Assembly: GCA_963675495.1 (NCBI GenBank)
Contig: OY776215.1
Location: 480,001-544,000, forward strand
Direction of reading: 5' to 3'
Origin: an uncultured Methanolobus sp.
GTDB lineage: Archaea; Halobacteriota; Methanosarcinia; Methanosarcinales; Methanosarcinaceae
Length of the DNA: 64,000 bases
The notes below the pieces were generated by a model. That model was not told the DNA's origin, made no database searches, and saw nothing but the letters and a program-made list of their open reading frames with translations. Made by a program: the position numbers and the translations under genes. Of this stretch, positions 20,171 through 30,529 are shown piece by piece. Each line of letters begins with the position of its first letter. Positions within the stretch are counted from its first letter, which is position 1.

Positions 20171-23100
20171 ATGGTTTCTCTAGATGAACTTAAACAAGGC
20201 GTTATTATCAAAGGTTCAAGATGGTCAGAACCTGTTTCACTTGATAATGTTAATGAAATGAATGGCTTTGTTCATCTGAAAGGAGCTACTGTACATTCAA
20301 AGCAATACATCAACCAGATAATTCCTTATTCTGAACTTGAAAATATTAATGTTGAATCTTTGGACCTTGTTTTTTCAGAGGAACCTTGGAAGGTATTCCT
20401 GGCTCTTGAAATGCTGAGATATCGTTTTGCATCCATGTACGACCCTCTTATTGCTATGAGCACATCGAAAGTCAATCCATTACCACACCAGATTGATGCA
20501 GTTTATGGGCGCATACTCAAATTGCCTCGTATCCGTTTCCTCATAGCAGATGACCCTGGTGCAGGTAAGACTATCATGGCAGGGCTCATTATCAAAGAGC
20601 TCAAAATCCGTAATCTTGTAAAACGCATTCTCATTGTCGTTCCTGGGCATCTGAAGGACCAATGGCGAAGGGAGATGAAGGAAAGATTCGAAGAGTCATT
20701 TATGGTTATTGATAGGTCCGCAATAGATGCTCTGTATGCTGAGAATGTATGGTCTAAAGAGAATCAGGCCATCACATCTTTAGACTTTGTGAAGCAAGAG
20801 GATATAATTACCTCTTTAGCAGCAGCCGAATTTGACCTTGTAATAGTTGATGAAGCTCACAAGCTCAGTGCTTATCAGTATGGCGATAAGGTCCACAAGA
20901 CAGCAAGATATAAGGTAGGTCAGGTTCTCTCACATCAGTCCGAGCACATTCTCTTCCTTACAGCAACCCCACATAGAGGTGATTCTGATAACTTCAGGCT
21001 GTTCTTGGATTTGCTCAATGAGGGCTTCTTCGCCACAAATGAGTTATTGGAAGAATCAATCGTAAGTAAGGATAATCCATTGTTCATAAGACGCATCAAG
21101 GAAGACCTTAGAGATTTTGATGGCACACCACTTTTTCTTCCGAGGCATGTAAAAACCTCGTTCTTTAACCTTGAGTCTGATGATGAAAGAGGGCTCTACA
21201 ATGATTTATCACAGTACGTGGAGCATCAGTACAATCGTGCACTATCACGTGACAAAAAGAGAAACGTTGCTTTTGCTCTTGTCATTCTGCAGAGAAGGTT
21301 TGCTTCAAGTATCTATGCTGTTCTTCAGTCTCTTAAAAGAAGGAAAAAACGTCTTAAAGACCTTCTTGAAGGTGCTAATGAAAGAGTTACAAATCCTCGT
21401 AACTTTGATTCCGAGGATTATGACGAGATGAGTGAAGAAGACCGATGGAAAGAAGAAGAGATATGGGAAACACTCAGTGTTGCGGAAAATAGGGAGGAGT
21501 TGAAGGGCGAAATCAGTACAATCGAGTCCCTAATAAATCAATGTCAGAATATAATTGATGAAGAAAAAGAAGTCAAGATAAAGGAACTCAAGAAAGCCCT
21601 TGTTGAATTGGAAAGCATATACTCTGATAAAAGTGACCAGAAAATCCTAATCTTCACAGAATCCAGAGACACTCTCGACTATCTGGAAGAAAAAATAAAA
21701 TTATGGGGATATTCATCTAGCGTTATACATGGTGGTATGAAGCTTGAGGAACGTATCCTTGCAGAGAAGACTTTCAAGCAAGAGACACAGGTTCTCATAG
21801 CAACTGAGGCTGCAGGTGAAGGTATCAACCTACAGTTCTGTCATCTTATGATTAATTATGACCTTCCTTGGAATCCAAATCGTCTTGAGCAGAGAATGGG
21901 ACGTATTCATCGTTATGGTCAAAGAAAAGAAGTTCATATTATCAATCTCGTAGCTGAAGATACAAGGGAAGGAAAGGTTTTTGCTGCATTGCTTCAGAAG
22001 CTTGAGGATATCAAAGGAGCTCTTGGGCCCGACAAAGTTTTCGATTGCCTTGGAGACCTTATGTACGAGACTAACTTATCACAAATACTCACAGAGGTTG
22101 CAGCAAATGCAAGAGATGTTAATGTGGTCATAGCTGAAATGACCCAAACACTGGATGAGGATTACGTTGCAGGTGTGAAAGAGAGCCTTTCCGAGAGTCT
22201 GGCAACAAGGAATATTGATTATACTCAAATCAAAGAATTAGAGATAAAAGCCAGAGAGCAACGTTTAATTCCCGAATATACTGAGCACTTCTTCAGAAAA
22301 GCAATTGAAAATGCAGATGGCAAGATTATGGACAGAAAGGACGGTATGCTTTCAATGGAGTCCATACCCCTCGTAATACGTCGCATAAGCAAAGAGGATA
22401 ATTTCAGAAAGAGCTATGGTGAAATGCTGAAAGCATACAGAAAATTTACATTTGATAAGAATGAAGCATTCAAAAATCCTGATGCTGAATTCATATCCTT
22501 GGGTCATCCTTTGTTTGAGGCTGTAATGGCATGGGTGCGAGATAACTTCAATGATGCTATACGCAACGGAGCTGTTTTCGTTGACCCAGATGGAGAAATG
22601 GATGGTTATGTCCTGTTCTACGAAGGTGAAATCTCCGATGGTAAAGGTGATGTTGCAGGTAAGAGATTGTTTTCAATCTACAATAATGGTACAGCGGTCA
22701 GACCAGTGTCGCCTTCATTTATCTGGGATATGGAGTATGGAAAGGCTCCTGACCACGTGAGTATTGATATTGATGCTTTGAAGGATTCTTCAAATATGGA
22801 AATCATCACATCTCTTCAAGGGTACCTAGAGGAACTTTTGACTGAACGTGTTCGACAGAGCGATATCAAAGAAAAATATGGTATAAATTCACTGTATTTC
22901 CTAATTGATAGACTGGATGGTGAACTGATAGACCTGTATGACCGCAGGGACAATGGCGAGAATGTAGACCTTCCTATACATAACAAAGAAGAAAGGATGG
23001 CAAATTACAGAAAAGCAAGGGATGACCTGCAAACCCTTATTGAAAAGGAAAAGAGCTTGACAATGTCAATGCCTTCATTCCTCGGTATCATCAGAGTGGT

Positions 23101-23497
23101 ACCTGGTGAGGTATTGCCAGGAATGAAGAATGACCCTGAGGTAGAACGTATTGCAGTAGAGTTTGCTATGGACTATGAGAGAAAATATGGTTGGACGCCT
23201 GAAAGTGTAGAAGACCAAAACCTTGGATTTGATATAAGGTCTACTAAAGGTGAAGAAGTTAGGTACATTGAAGTTAAAGGAAGAGCTCAGAGAGGGCCAG
23301 TATCACTTACACAGAATGAGCAATTCAAAGCACAAAGATTCAAGGATGATTACTATTTGTATGTTGTCTTGAATACAAAAACACACCCTGAGCTGTATGT
23401 GCATCAAAACCCTGCAGAGACCCTTGAATTCCAGGAAGTGATGGGTGTTGTGAGATACATAGTACCACTGGACCAGATTGTAAGTTCAAAGGTATAA
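20171..23497 (+). CDS. SNF2-family helicase with C-terminal DUF3883 (PD-(D/E)xK-like) nuclease domain
   Basis: ADDPGAGKT, VDEAH, LTATPH, EGINLQ, EQRMGRIHRYGQ; C-terminal GFDIRS..YIEVKG..LTQNE; ORF track extends to 20102. Confidence 0.92.
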   Translation: MVSLDELKQGVIIKGSRWSEPVSLDNVNEMNGFVHLKGATVHSKQYINQIIPYSELENINVESLDLVFSEEPWKVFLALEMLRYRFASMYDPLIAMSTSKVNPLPHQIDAVYGRILKLPRIRFLIADDPGAGKTIMAGLIIKELKIRNLVKRILIVVPGHLKDQWRREMKERFEESFMVIDRSAIDALYAENVWSKENQAITSLDFVKQEDIITSLAAAEFDLVIVDEAHKLSAYQYGDKVHKTARYKVGQVLSHQSEHILFLTATPHRGDSDNFRLFLDLLNEGFFATNELLEESIVSKDNPLFIRRIKEDLRDFDGTPLFLPRHVKTSFFNLESDDERGLYNDLSQYVEHQYNRALSRDKKRNVAFALVILQRRFASSIYAVLQSLKRRKKRLKDLLEGANERVTNPRNFDSEDYDEMSEEDRWKEEEIWETLSVAENREELKGEISTIESLINQCQNIIDEEKEVKIKELKKALVELESIYSDKSDQKILIFTESRDTLDYLEEKIKLWGYSSSVIHGGMKLEERILAEKTFKQETQVLIATEAAGEGINLQFCHLMINYDLPWNPNRLEQRMGRIHRYGQRKEVHIINLVAEDTREGKVFAALLQKLEDIKGALGPDKVFDCLGDLMYETNLSQILTEVAANARDVNVVIAEMTQTLDEDYVAGVKESLSESLATRNIDYTQIKELEIKAREQRLIPEYTEHFFRKAIENADGKIMDRKDGMLSMESIPLVIRRISKEDNFRKSYGEMLKAYRKFTFDKNEAFKNPDAEFISLGHPLFEAVMAWVRDNFNDAIRNGAVFVDPDGEMDGYVLFYEGEISDGKGDVAGKRLFSIYNNGTAVRPVSPSFIWDMEYGKAPDHVSIDIDALKDSSNMEIITSLQGYLEELLTERVRQSDIKEKYGINSLYFLIDRLDGELIDLYDRRDNGENVDLPIHNKEERMANYRKARDDLQTLIEKEKSLTMSMPSFLGIIRVVPGEVLPGMKNDPEVERIAVEFAMDYERKYGWTPESVEDQNLGFDIRSTKGEEVRYIEVKGRAQRGPVSLTQNEQFKAQRFKDDYYLYVVLNTKTHPELYVHQNPAETLEFQEVMGVVRYIVPLDQIVSSKV

Positions 23498-23526
23498 ATT
23501 GAAAAATGGATTTATGAGGATTACTA

Positions 23527-26229
23527 ATGGATACAAAAGACCGTCGTCTGATTGAAGATTCATTTCCTGTCAAAGAGGTCAGTGTAGCATCTGCCAAAGA
23601 AAAAAACATACGTCATGGACATATTTCCACCTTGCACATCTGGTGGGCACGACGTCCTCTTGCAGCATCTAGAGCAACTGCTTATGCCGCACTTGTTCCC
23701 CCTCCAGAGAATATTGATGAGTGGGAAAAACAACGTAATTTCATCATTGAACTTTGCAAGTGGGAGAACTCCAATGACATAGGCTTATTGCAAAAGGCTC
23801 GTGAGGATATCCTTAAAGCAAATGGTGGTGTGCCTCCAAAAGTATTGGACCCATTTTCTGGCGGAGGGTCAATTCCCCTAGAAACCTTACGTCTTGGATG
23901 TGAGACATATTTTAATGATTACAATCCTGTTGCAGTACTCCTTGAGAAATGTATCCTAGAATACCCACAAAAATATGGTATACCCAAGGAAACCATAAAT
24001 GGAGTGCTAACTGGAAATCAGAAGAATCCACTACTTGAGGCAGTCAAAAAGTGGGGTGGCTGGATACTCGAGGAAGTAAAAACCGAAATTGGTAGATTTT
24101 ATCCTAATGACTCAGATGGCTCAGTACCAGTAGGATACATATGGGCACGTACTATCCCTTGTCAGAATCCTGCCTGCGGTGTAGATATACCACTTTTTCG
24201 ACAGTACTGGCTGGCCAAAAAGCCTAACAAACAAGTTTCTCTGTATCCTTATGTACAAGATGGAAATGTTTTATTTAAGCTAGTTGGCGATGGTTATGAA
24301 CCTATGCCTGAAAATTTTAACCCAAAAGAAGGCACTGTATCCCGAGCCATTGCAATTTGTCCTGTATGTGGTGCAGCTGTGGAAGCAAAAGATACACGTA
24401 GACTCTTCCAAGAAGGCAAGTCTAGCGCACGCATGATTGCTGTGGTACTTACCAAACCTGGGGAACGAGGTAAAATTTATCGTATATCAACACAAGAAGA
24501 TGTAATAGTATTTCAAGAAGCTGCTAAGTATCTACAGGAGAAGATACAGACATTGAGAAAAGGATTTGATATGGAGCCAGTGCCGGATGAACCTTTACCC
24601 CCTAAAGGAACACTTGGTTTTCGTGTACAAGGATATGGCCTTGATACATGGGGTTCTCTCTTCAACTCTCGCCAACAGCTTGCACTAGTGACTTTCTGTG
24701 AAAAAGTCCGGGCTACACATGAGAATATGTTGCATGATGGTTATGAAGAGAATTTTGCTAAAGGAGTCTCTACATACTTAGGTTTTCTTCTCGATAAATT
24801 AGCTTCTTCTTCTAATACATTGGCAAGGTGGCAATCCAATGGAGAAAAAATTGCCGATGTTTTTGGGAGGCAGATTTTGCCAATGCTATGGGATTATACG
24901 GAAGTAAATTTAATAAATGGTAAATCAAGAAGTTTTAATGAATTAAGTGGAGATGTTTATCGTGTAATTGAGAAATACTCAAGTTTACCTGAAAACTCGG
25001 GCTACAGTATTCATTCCTCTGCTACATCACTCCCCATCCCTGATAATTATTTAGATGCAGTCATTACCGACCCACCTTATTATGATAATGTTCCTTATTC
25101 CCATCTTTCTGATTTTTTTTATGTTTGGCTAAAGCGTAGCGTGGGTGACCTATATCCAGAGCTATTTTCAACCCCACTGACTCCAAAATCCAATGAAATT
25201 GTTGCTTATTCAAATGGACCAGGCGGATTTGAAGAAGGGAAAAGAAAGTTTGAGACAATGCTCGCAGATTCTTTCAAGGAAATGCACCGTATCCTCAAGC
25301 CAAATGGGGTTGCTGTCATTGTATACGCTCATAAATCAACTGAAGGCTGGGAAACCCTAATTAATTCACTTTTAGATTCTGGACTTGTTATTACCGCTGC
25401 TTGGCCAATAAATACTGAAATGCAATCACGGCTAAGAGCAAGAGAATCAGCGGCTCTTGCATCATCCATCTATATTGTAGCCAGAAAGTGGGAGAGGGAA
25501 TCAACTGGTTTCTACAAAGAAGTGAAAGATGAATTGGAAACCCACCTTAATATGAAGCTGGACAAATTATGGAAGGAGGACATCTCTGGTGCGGATTTCT
25601 ATATATCAGCCATCGGCTCTGCTATTGAAGTCTATGGGAAATACTCTCAGGTCATGGACTATGAAGGTAACATTGTGCGTGCAGACAGACTTCTTCAGGA
25701 TGTAGAGGATATAGCTACCGATTATTCTGTGAAGAAAATCCTCAAGAATGGTTTCTCTGGTACAATTTCAGGGCTTACAAGATTCTACGTAATATGGCGA
25801 TGGTACTATGGAAATACCAGCGTGCCTTTTGATGAAGCCCGTAAACTTGCTACATCATGTGGTCTTGACCTTTCGGTTGAATGGAGCAAGAATGATTCAT
25901 TCATCAAAAAACAGAAAGAGAATATAGCAGTCATTGACCCAAAAGGACGTGAAAAGCATATAGATGGCCTGAAGAAGTCATCAGAACTCATAGATGTGTT
26001 ACATGCAGTCTTGCTACTTTGGGAGAACAGTAAACAACAGGAAATATTAGATGTCTTACGTACCAGTGGCTTTGGAAGACATGATGTATTTTTCAGAGTA
26101 GCTCAAGCTATATCGGAAACACTTCCAAACGATGCAAAAGAAAAGAAACTATTGGACGGATTCCTTGCTGGAAGAGGCAGAATAATGGAAAAAATGAGAA
26201 AAGATACAGGACAACAGACTTTATTTTAA
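23527..26229 (+). CDS. DUF1156-domain DNA amino-methyltransferase (probably N6-adenine)
   Basis: LHIWWARRPLA (DUF1156), DPFSGGGS SAM-binding motif, DPPYY catalytic motif, Zn-finger CxxC pairs. Confidence 0.93.
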   Translation: MDTKDRRLIEDSFPVKEVSVASAKEKNIRHGHISTLHIWWARRPLAASRATAYAALVPPPENIDEWEKQRNFIIELCKWENSNDIGLLQKAREDILKANGGVPPKVLDPFSGGGSIPLETLRLGCETYFNDYNPVAVLLEKCILEYPQKYGIPKETINGVLTGNQKNPLLEAVKKWGGWILEEVKTEIGRFYPNDSDGSVPVGYIWARTIPCQNPACGVDIPLFRQYWLAKKPNKQVSLYPYVQDGNVLFKLVGDGYEPMPENFNPKEGTVSRAIAICPVCGAAVEAKDTRRLFQEGKSSARMIAVVLTKPGERGKIYRISTQEDVIVFQEAAKYLQEKIQTLRKGFDMEPVPDEPLPPKGTLGFRVQGYGLDTWGSLFNSRQQLALVTFCEKVRATHENMLHDGYEENFAKGVSTYLGFLLDKLASSSNTLARWQSNGEKIADVFGRQILPMLWDYTEVNLINGKSRSFNELSGDVYRVIEKYSSLPENSGYSIHSSATSLPIPDNYLDAVITDPPYYDNVPYSHLSDFFYVWLKRSVGDLYPELFSTPLTPKSNEIVAYSNGPGGFEEGKRKFETMLADSFKEMHRILKPNGVAVIVYAHKSTEGWETLINSLLDSGLVITAAWPINTEMQSRLRARESAALASSIYIVARKWERESTGFYKEVKDELETHLNMKLDKLWKEDISGADFYISAIGSAIEVYGKYSQVMDYEGNIVRADRLLQDVEDIATDYSVKKILKNGFSGTISGLTRFYVIWRWYYGNTSVPFDEARKLATSCGLDLSVEWSKNDSFIKKQKENIAVIDPKGREKHIDGLKKSSELIDVLHAVLLLWENSKQQEILDVLRTSGFGRHDVFFRVAQAISETLPNDAKEKKLLDGFLAGRGRIMEKMRKDTGQQTLF

Positions 26230-26240
26230 AGAGGGAAAAC

Positions 26241-28814
26241 ATGAGAGCGTTTCATACAATAGCAGTTCCGCATAAGGATATTCTGGAAGGAAGACTTTCA
26301 CTTGATACCTTTGCAGCGGATTTGTGGGAAGTCTATCAAAATAGGGGAATAGATGAATACAGAGATGCAGATACTTTCTTTAAGAAAACCTATCTCACTC
26401 AAGGTCTGCAAAATCTCATTGATATTGTTGAGAAACGTCTGCAAGGGAAAGGCAGTGACCCTGTCATTCAGATACAAACTCCCTTTGGTGGGGGCAAAAC
26501 CCATGCTCTCATAGCCCTCTATCACAGTGCAAAGAGGTGGGGTGCAAATGTAGTGGTCATTGATGGTACAGCTCTTTCTGCAGAGACTACCTTCTGGGCA
26601 TTGATGGAGGAACAGCTTACAGGAAAGGTCAGTGCATTCTCACAAAATACATCTCCCGGTAAGGATAAAATAAGGGCGTTTCTGGAACATCAGCAACCTG
26701 TGCTCTTACTTATGGATGAAGTACTGGAATATACCACTAAAGCGGCAGGAATGAAGGTAGGAGATAGTAACCTTGCCTCCCAGACAATCGCTTTCATGCA
26801 AGAGCTCACTGAAGTCGCAAGTACATTACCTCAAGTATGCTTAGTAGCCACATTACCTTCCAGTATAATTGAGCACTATGACAATGCTGCTGAGGACCTA
26901 TATCAGAAGTTGCAGAAGGTCTCTGGTAGGAAAGAGATTATTTACACACCCGTTGAAGATAATGAGATAACTAAAATCATACGTCGCAGGCTTTTCAGTA
27001 ACATCGATGAACAGGCTGCAAAAGATATAGTTGACCAATTCGTGAGCTTTGCTGAAGAGCATAGCATTTTGCCTGCCGGGGTACAGCCCAGTCAATATCG
27101 TGAGAAGTTCATGGAATCTTATCCATTCCTTCCTGATGTAGTTGATACCCTTTATCATAGGTGGGGTAGTTTCCCTACTTTCCAGCGAACCCGTGGAGTA
27201 CTCAGGCTTCTTTCATTGGTGATTTATTCCATGAAAGAGACCACTTCACCATACCTTACGTTAGCAGACTTCGAACTTGGAAATCAGGAGATTCGCCAAG
27301 AGCTTATCAAACATATAGGTCAACAATACAATGGTATTATCAGTCAGGACATAACCAACTATGCGTCTGGAGCAGTAAAGGTAAACAAAACCCTTGGAAA
27401 TGCTTTCATGGGTCTTTGTCTCGGAGAAAGAGCAGCAAAAGCAATCTTTTTATTTTCATTTTCAGGTGCAGGTGGGAGAGGTAGTACCCTAACTGAGATT
27501 AAAAGAAACTCAACTACTCTTGACAATCCTCCAAGTGTCATTGCAGAAGCTTTGGAGCAGTTCAAAAGACAACTCCTTTATTTGCATGAAAGGAATGATA
27601 TGTATTTCTTCAGCACAGAAATCACCCTAAATAAGTTGCTTCTCATCAGCATGGAGAATGTAAAAGAGGATAAAATCCAAGAAAGGGAAAGTCTTCTGTT
27701 ACAGTCCAGTCTTGACCGAGGAAAGCTTGAAGTATATCTGTGGAATGAAGGTTCGGGGATACCTGATACTGATTCTTTGAAGTTGATAATTCTTGATTCA
27801 AGTTCAGCTTATAAGAAAAAAGATATTCTAAGTAAGCGTGGACAAACACAGCGCATATACAAGAATACACTATTTTTCTTGATTCCTATGGATTCAGAGT
27901 ATCCTGCAGTTTCCAAGGACATCAGAGAAAATATAGCACTAAATAATATTGAATCAGACCCTACATTGAAATTATCTACAGAGCAGAAGAGGGAGATTAA
28001 GGATAAATTAAAAGTATCTAATGATAACCTCAAAACCTCTATCAGAAAGCTCTATCGCCTTCTGTATGTCCCCTCAAAGGGTGGTGAACTTACCGAAATA
28101 GACCTTGGTATTCCTCTTTATGGAAGCGTTTCCAAACTCAACGAAGAAGTGTATGATACTCTTCGGAAGAAGAATGAAATATTGGAAAACATAACTCCGA
28201 TATTGATAAGGGAGAAATACCTGTCTAAAAATGATTATGCATTAACAGAGCAGATATACTATTCAGCATACAGGACACCGGGAGAAGCAAGACCAATTAA
28301 TAGGTCGGTTCTTGAAAAAGGTATTTCTGATGGTGTCCAAAAAGGTCTTTTCGGACTTGGTGCCATTGATGAAAATGACTTGCCTCTCTGCGCTTATTTC
28401 AAGGAACCTGCTTCTATTTCATTGTCTGGTAAAGAAGTTATCATAAAAGATAGTATTTGTACTGAACAAAAGGGAAAGAATGAAAGCGAGGACGCTCCTA
28501 CTCCTGATAGTGGTAAAGGAGGACAGAGTACAATCACCCCACCAGTTTCTCCCGTTGATACAACGGATGATGGTGGCGAAGGACCTGAGCCTCCAATGCA
28601 TGCAGTTACCAAAAAGAAAACTGTTCAATTGACTTTGAATCTGTCCAAAGGCCAGTCATCTACATTGAGCCACGTATTGAGATATCTTAGTGACAAGTTC
28701 CAAGATGTTACAATAGAGATAAAAGCTAAAGATGGTGAGATAACAGAAAGCGATTATGAGAATAAAATCAAAGAGGCATTCGAGCAAAGCAGTATCGATT
28801 ATGCAGAATCTTGA
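26241..28814 (+). CDS. DUF499 family AAA+ ATPase
   Basis: FAADL, TPFGGGKTH Walker A, LLMDE Walker B, SYPFLP, FQRTRGVLRLL. Confidence 0.92.
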   Translation: MRAFHTIAVPHKDILEGRLSLDTFAADLWEVYQNRGIDEYRDADTFFKKTYLTQGLQNLIDIVEKRLQGKGSDPVIQIQTPFGGGKTHALIALYHSAKRWGANVVVIDGTALSAETTFWALMEEQLTGKVSAFSQNTSPGKDKIRAFLEHQQPVLLLMDEVLEYTTKAAGMKVGDSNLASQTIAFMQELTEVASTLPQVCLVATLPSSIIEHYDNAAEDLYQKLQKVSGRKEIIYTPVEDNEITKIIRRRLFSNIDEQAAKDIVDQFVSFAEEHSILPAGVQPSQYREKFMESYPFLPDVVDTLYHRWGSFPTFQRTRGVLRLLSLVIYSMKETTSPYLTLADFELGNQEIRQELIKHIGQQYNGIISQDITNYASGAVKVNKTLGNAFMGLCLGERAAKAIFLFSFSGAGGRGSTLTEIKRNSTTLDNPPSVIAEALEQFKRQLLYLHERNDMYFFSTEITLNKLLLISMENVKEDKIQERESLLLQSSLDRGKLEVYLWNEGSGIPDTDSLKLIILDSSSAYKKKDILSKRGQTQRIYKNTLFFLIPMDSEYPAVSKDIRENIALNNIESDPTLKLSTEQKREIKDKLKVSNDNLKTSIRKLYRLLYVPSKGGELTEIDLGIPLYGSVSKLNEEVYDTLRKKNEILENITPILIREKYLSKNDYALTEQIYYSAYRTPGEARPINRSVLEKGISDGVQKGLFGLGAIDENDLPLCAYFKEPASISLSGKEVIIKDSICTEQKGKNESEDAPTPDSGKGGQSTITPPVSPVDTTDDGGEGPEPPMHAVTKKKTVQLTLNLSKGQSSTLSHVLRYLSDKFQDVTIEIKAKDGEITESDYENKIKEAFEQSSIDYAES

Positions 28815-29023
28815 TACTACTTCTCTTTTTCTTTACGTGTAGAAATCAATGCATTAGTATTTCAGAAATTTGATGTACAAACAAGTTTAGCTTTGAGATG
28901 ATAATAGGGTGGAAAATAACGCTGTGTACAACGAGATAATGCCTCAACCCATACATTGACCCGTCCAATAACTTTAGTTCGATATCGTCCAATGATAAAA
29001 CTGCATAAATTTCCTTGCATCCT

Positions 29024-29195
29024 ATGCAGCATTCACGTATGGACGGTGCGTACGAGGTGGACTCTGAGGACTTAGGTCACCTGTGTGGACAGCATTGAAC
29101 TTTGTACGCAATGTCCATAGATGATGTAGGTGAGGACAGTAGCAGCTCAGGTCCGCAATTGAGGACCGTGAGGATGATGTGGACAAGTGCTGTAT
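29024..29195 (+). ncRNA. Candidate structured RNA (or ssDNA hairpin element), about 172 nt
   Basis: Closing stem 29024-29033/29186-29195, 21-bp stem 29038-29058/29099-29119 with G-U wobbles favouring the + strand, hairpin CTCAGGTCC..GGACCGTGAG 29146-29172; no ORF. Confidence 0.5.
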
Positions 29196-29250
29196 CATTT
29201 CAGTGAAGCTGTTGCAAGTAAACGATTATGAGTGGAAATAAGTTTAAAAA

Positions 29251-29352
29251 TGGATTGCAGAGGAGGGAATCGAACCCCCGTGTATCCCGGAACAGAAAAT
29301 CTCATGCTATCATAGTACCTGTCAGTAGGAATGACCGACCAGGTCCTCCGCA
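29251..29352 (-). ncRNA. tRNA-like RNA with non-canonical D and anticodon arms (tRNA mimic, intron-containing tRNA or tRNA relic)
   Basis: Acceptor TGCGGAG/CTCTGCA, T-arm GGGGG-TTCGATT-CCCTC, D-like GACC-TGGTC-GGTC, stem ATTCC/GGGAT enclosing a 39-nt insert, 3' ATCCA; TTTAAG about 21 nt upstream and T5 downstream. Confidence 0.65.
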
Positions 29353-29848
29353 CCGATGATACTTCCTAACAACTTAAACACAATCATTTGGATTTGTTTT
29401 ACCATGATATCAACTCCCTTTTGAATTATTGATTTGACGATTTTTTCAACAACTTTTAGGGCAAAGGACCATAGTGTCATTCCAAACTTGGTGAGATACT
29501 CAAGAACAATGAGATGTTGCTCTGCCTTTATGATTTCTGTAACATTGATGTAAAAATATTTAAAGATAATGTTTTTTTTAATTATCTACATCTCCACCAA
29601 TCACAAATTCAGCAAACACGGGATAATGGTTCGAGACAACGGTTGCTAGTTCCGCATCAAGCCCATACTCATGGTCGCATCTGAAGATACTCGATTTGCC
29701 CATTAGGTCTAAATCAACAATTAAAATGATGCGGCCATACGTGTAGTCTGTAGACTTTGTAGTTGTGTCCTAGGAATCATCAAGAACCCAATAATAACTT
29801 TCGAGGTACAATGTTCTATCTTCGTCGAAGTAGCTCCATCTACACATT

Positions 29849-30529
29849 TTATGAAATGAGTCCTAGTTCATGCAATTTCCCATATATCTCAATGTAACCT
29901 TCTACATCTGGGTATATCCAGAGAGCTTTGTCTAACTCACGAAAGGAAACATCTAATTCGTTTTTCAGATTGTAGCATATATCAAAATAAGTATTCCAAT
30001 CATAGTTATCAGTTACTTTATATCCGTATTTCTGCAATGTCTTAACTGCCCGGACATCTATTATAGGACAGTTTTGTTGACTAAAGAAAAACGCAATCGT
30101 AGACGCAATAGGAAACGAAATACCGTTGTAATCAGTTAATTGTGTGACCACATCTTTATTCTTCAATGGATTATTTGATAGTTGCTTTATCAGGGCATAT
30201 AATTCATATTTTCTGTCAAGTGTCCCGTACTCAGTATCTTGGAAATATCGCTTTATTCTTAATGCGCCCTTCCATCGCAGAATACTGTTTTCATCATCTA
30301 CTATGAGATGGAACAACTGGTCGGCACTATCAATGGATTTTACCTTATCCAAAATGCACTTCTCACGAGAGTTTTCCTCTGGATTCATATAATCATAGAA
30401 CTGAGCAAGTGCGACAACTTGTTTTCGTGATAAATTTAAGCTATTGGGTATATTCATATGAATGAAATTCTTTGATGAATATATACGGCTTTTCATTTTA
30501 TCCTGAGACTTCAGCTTAAGTACTTGCAA
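29849..30529 (-). CDS. Helix-hairpin-helix (HhH-GPD glycosylase-like) protein
   Basis: LTDYNGISFPIASTI HhH-like motif followed by PIIDVR (conserved Asp) and RELDKALW; true start may be 30496. Confidence 0.6.
   Translation of the reverse strand: MQVLKLKSQDKMKSRIYSSKNFIHMNIPNSLNLSRKQVVALAQFYDYMNPEENSREKCILDKVKSIDSADQLFHLIVDDENSILRWKGALRIKRYFQDTEYGTLDRKYELYALIKQLSNNPLKNKDVVTQLTDYNGISFPIASTIAFFFSQQNCPIIDVRAVKTLQKYGYKVTDNYDWNTYFDICYNLKNELDVSFRELDKALWIYPDVEGYIEIYGKLHELGLIS

Noticed and set aside
29064-29098. CTGAGGA as a hammerhead core within the structured element
   Set aside because: No GAAA follows the putative stem II
29251-29352. tRNA-Pyl, tRNA-Sec, or the integration-target tRNA
   Set aside because: No CTA or TCA anticodon loop, sequence unlike pylT, no long variable arm, and no duplicate of it at the element ends
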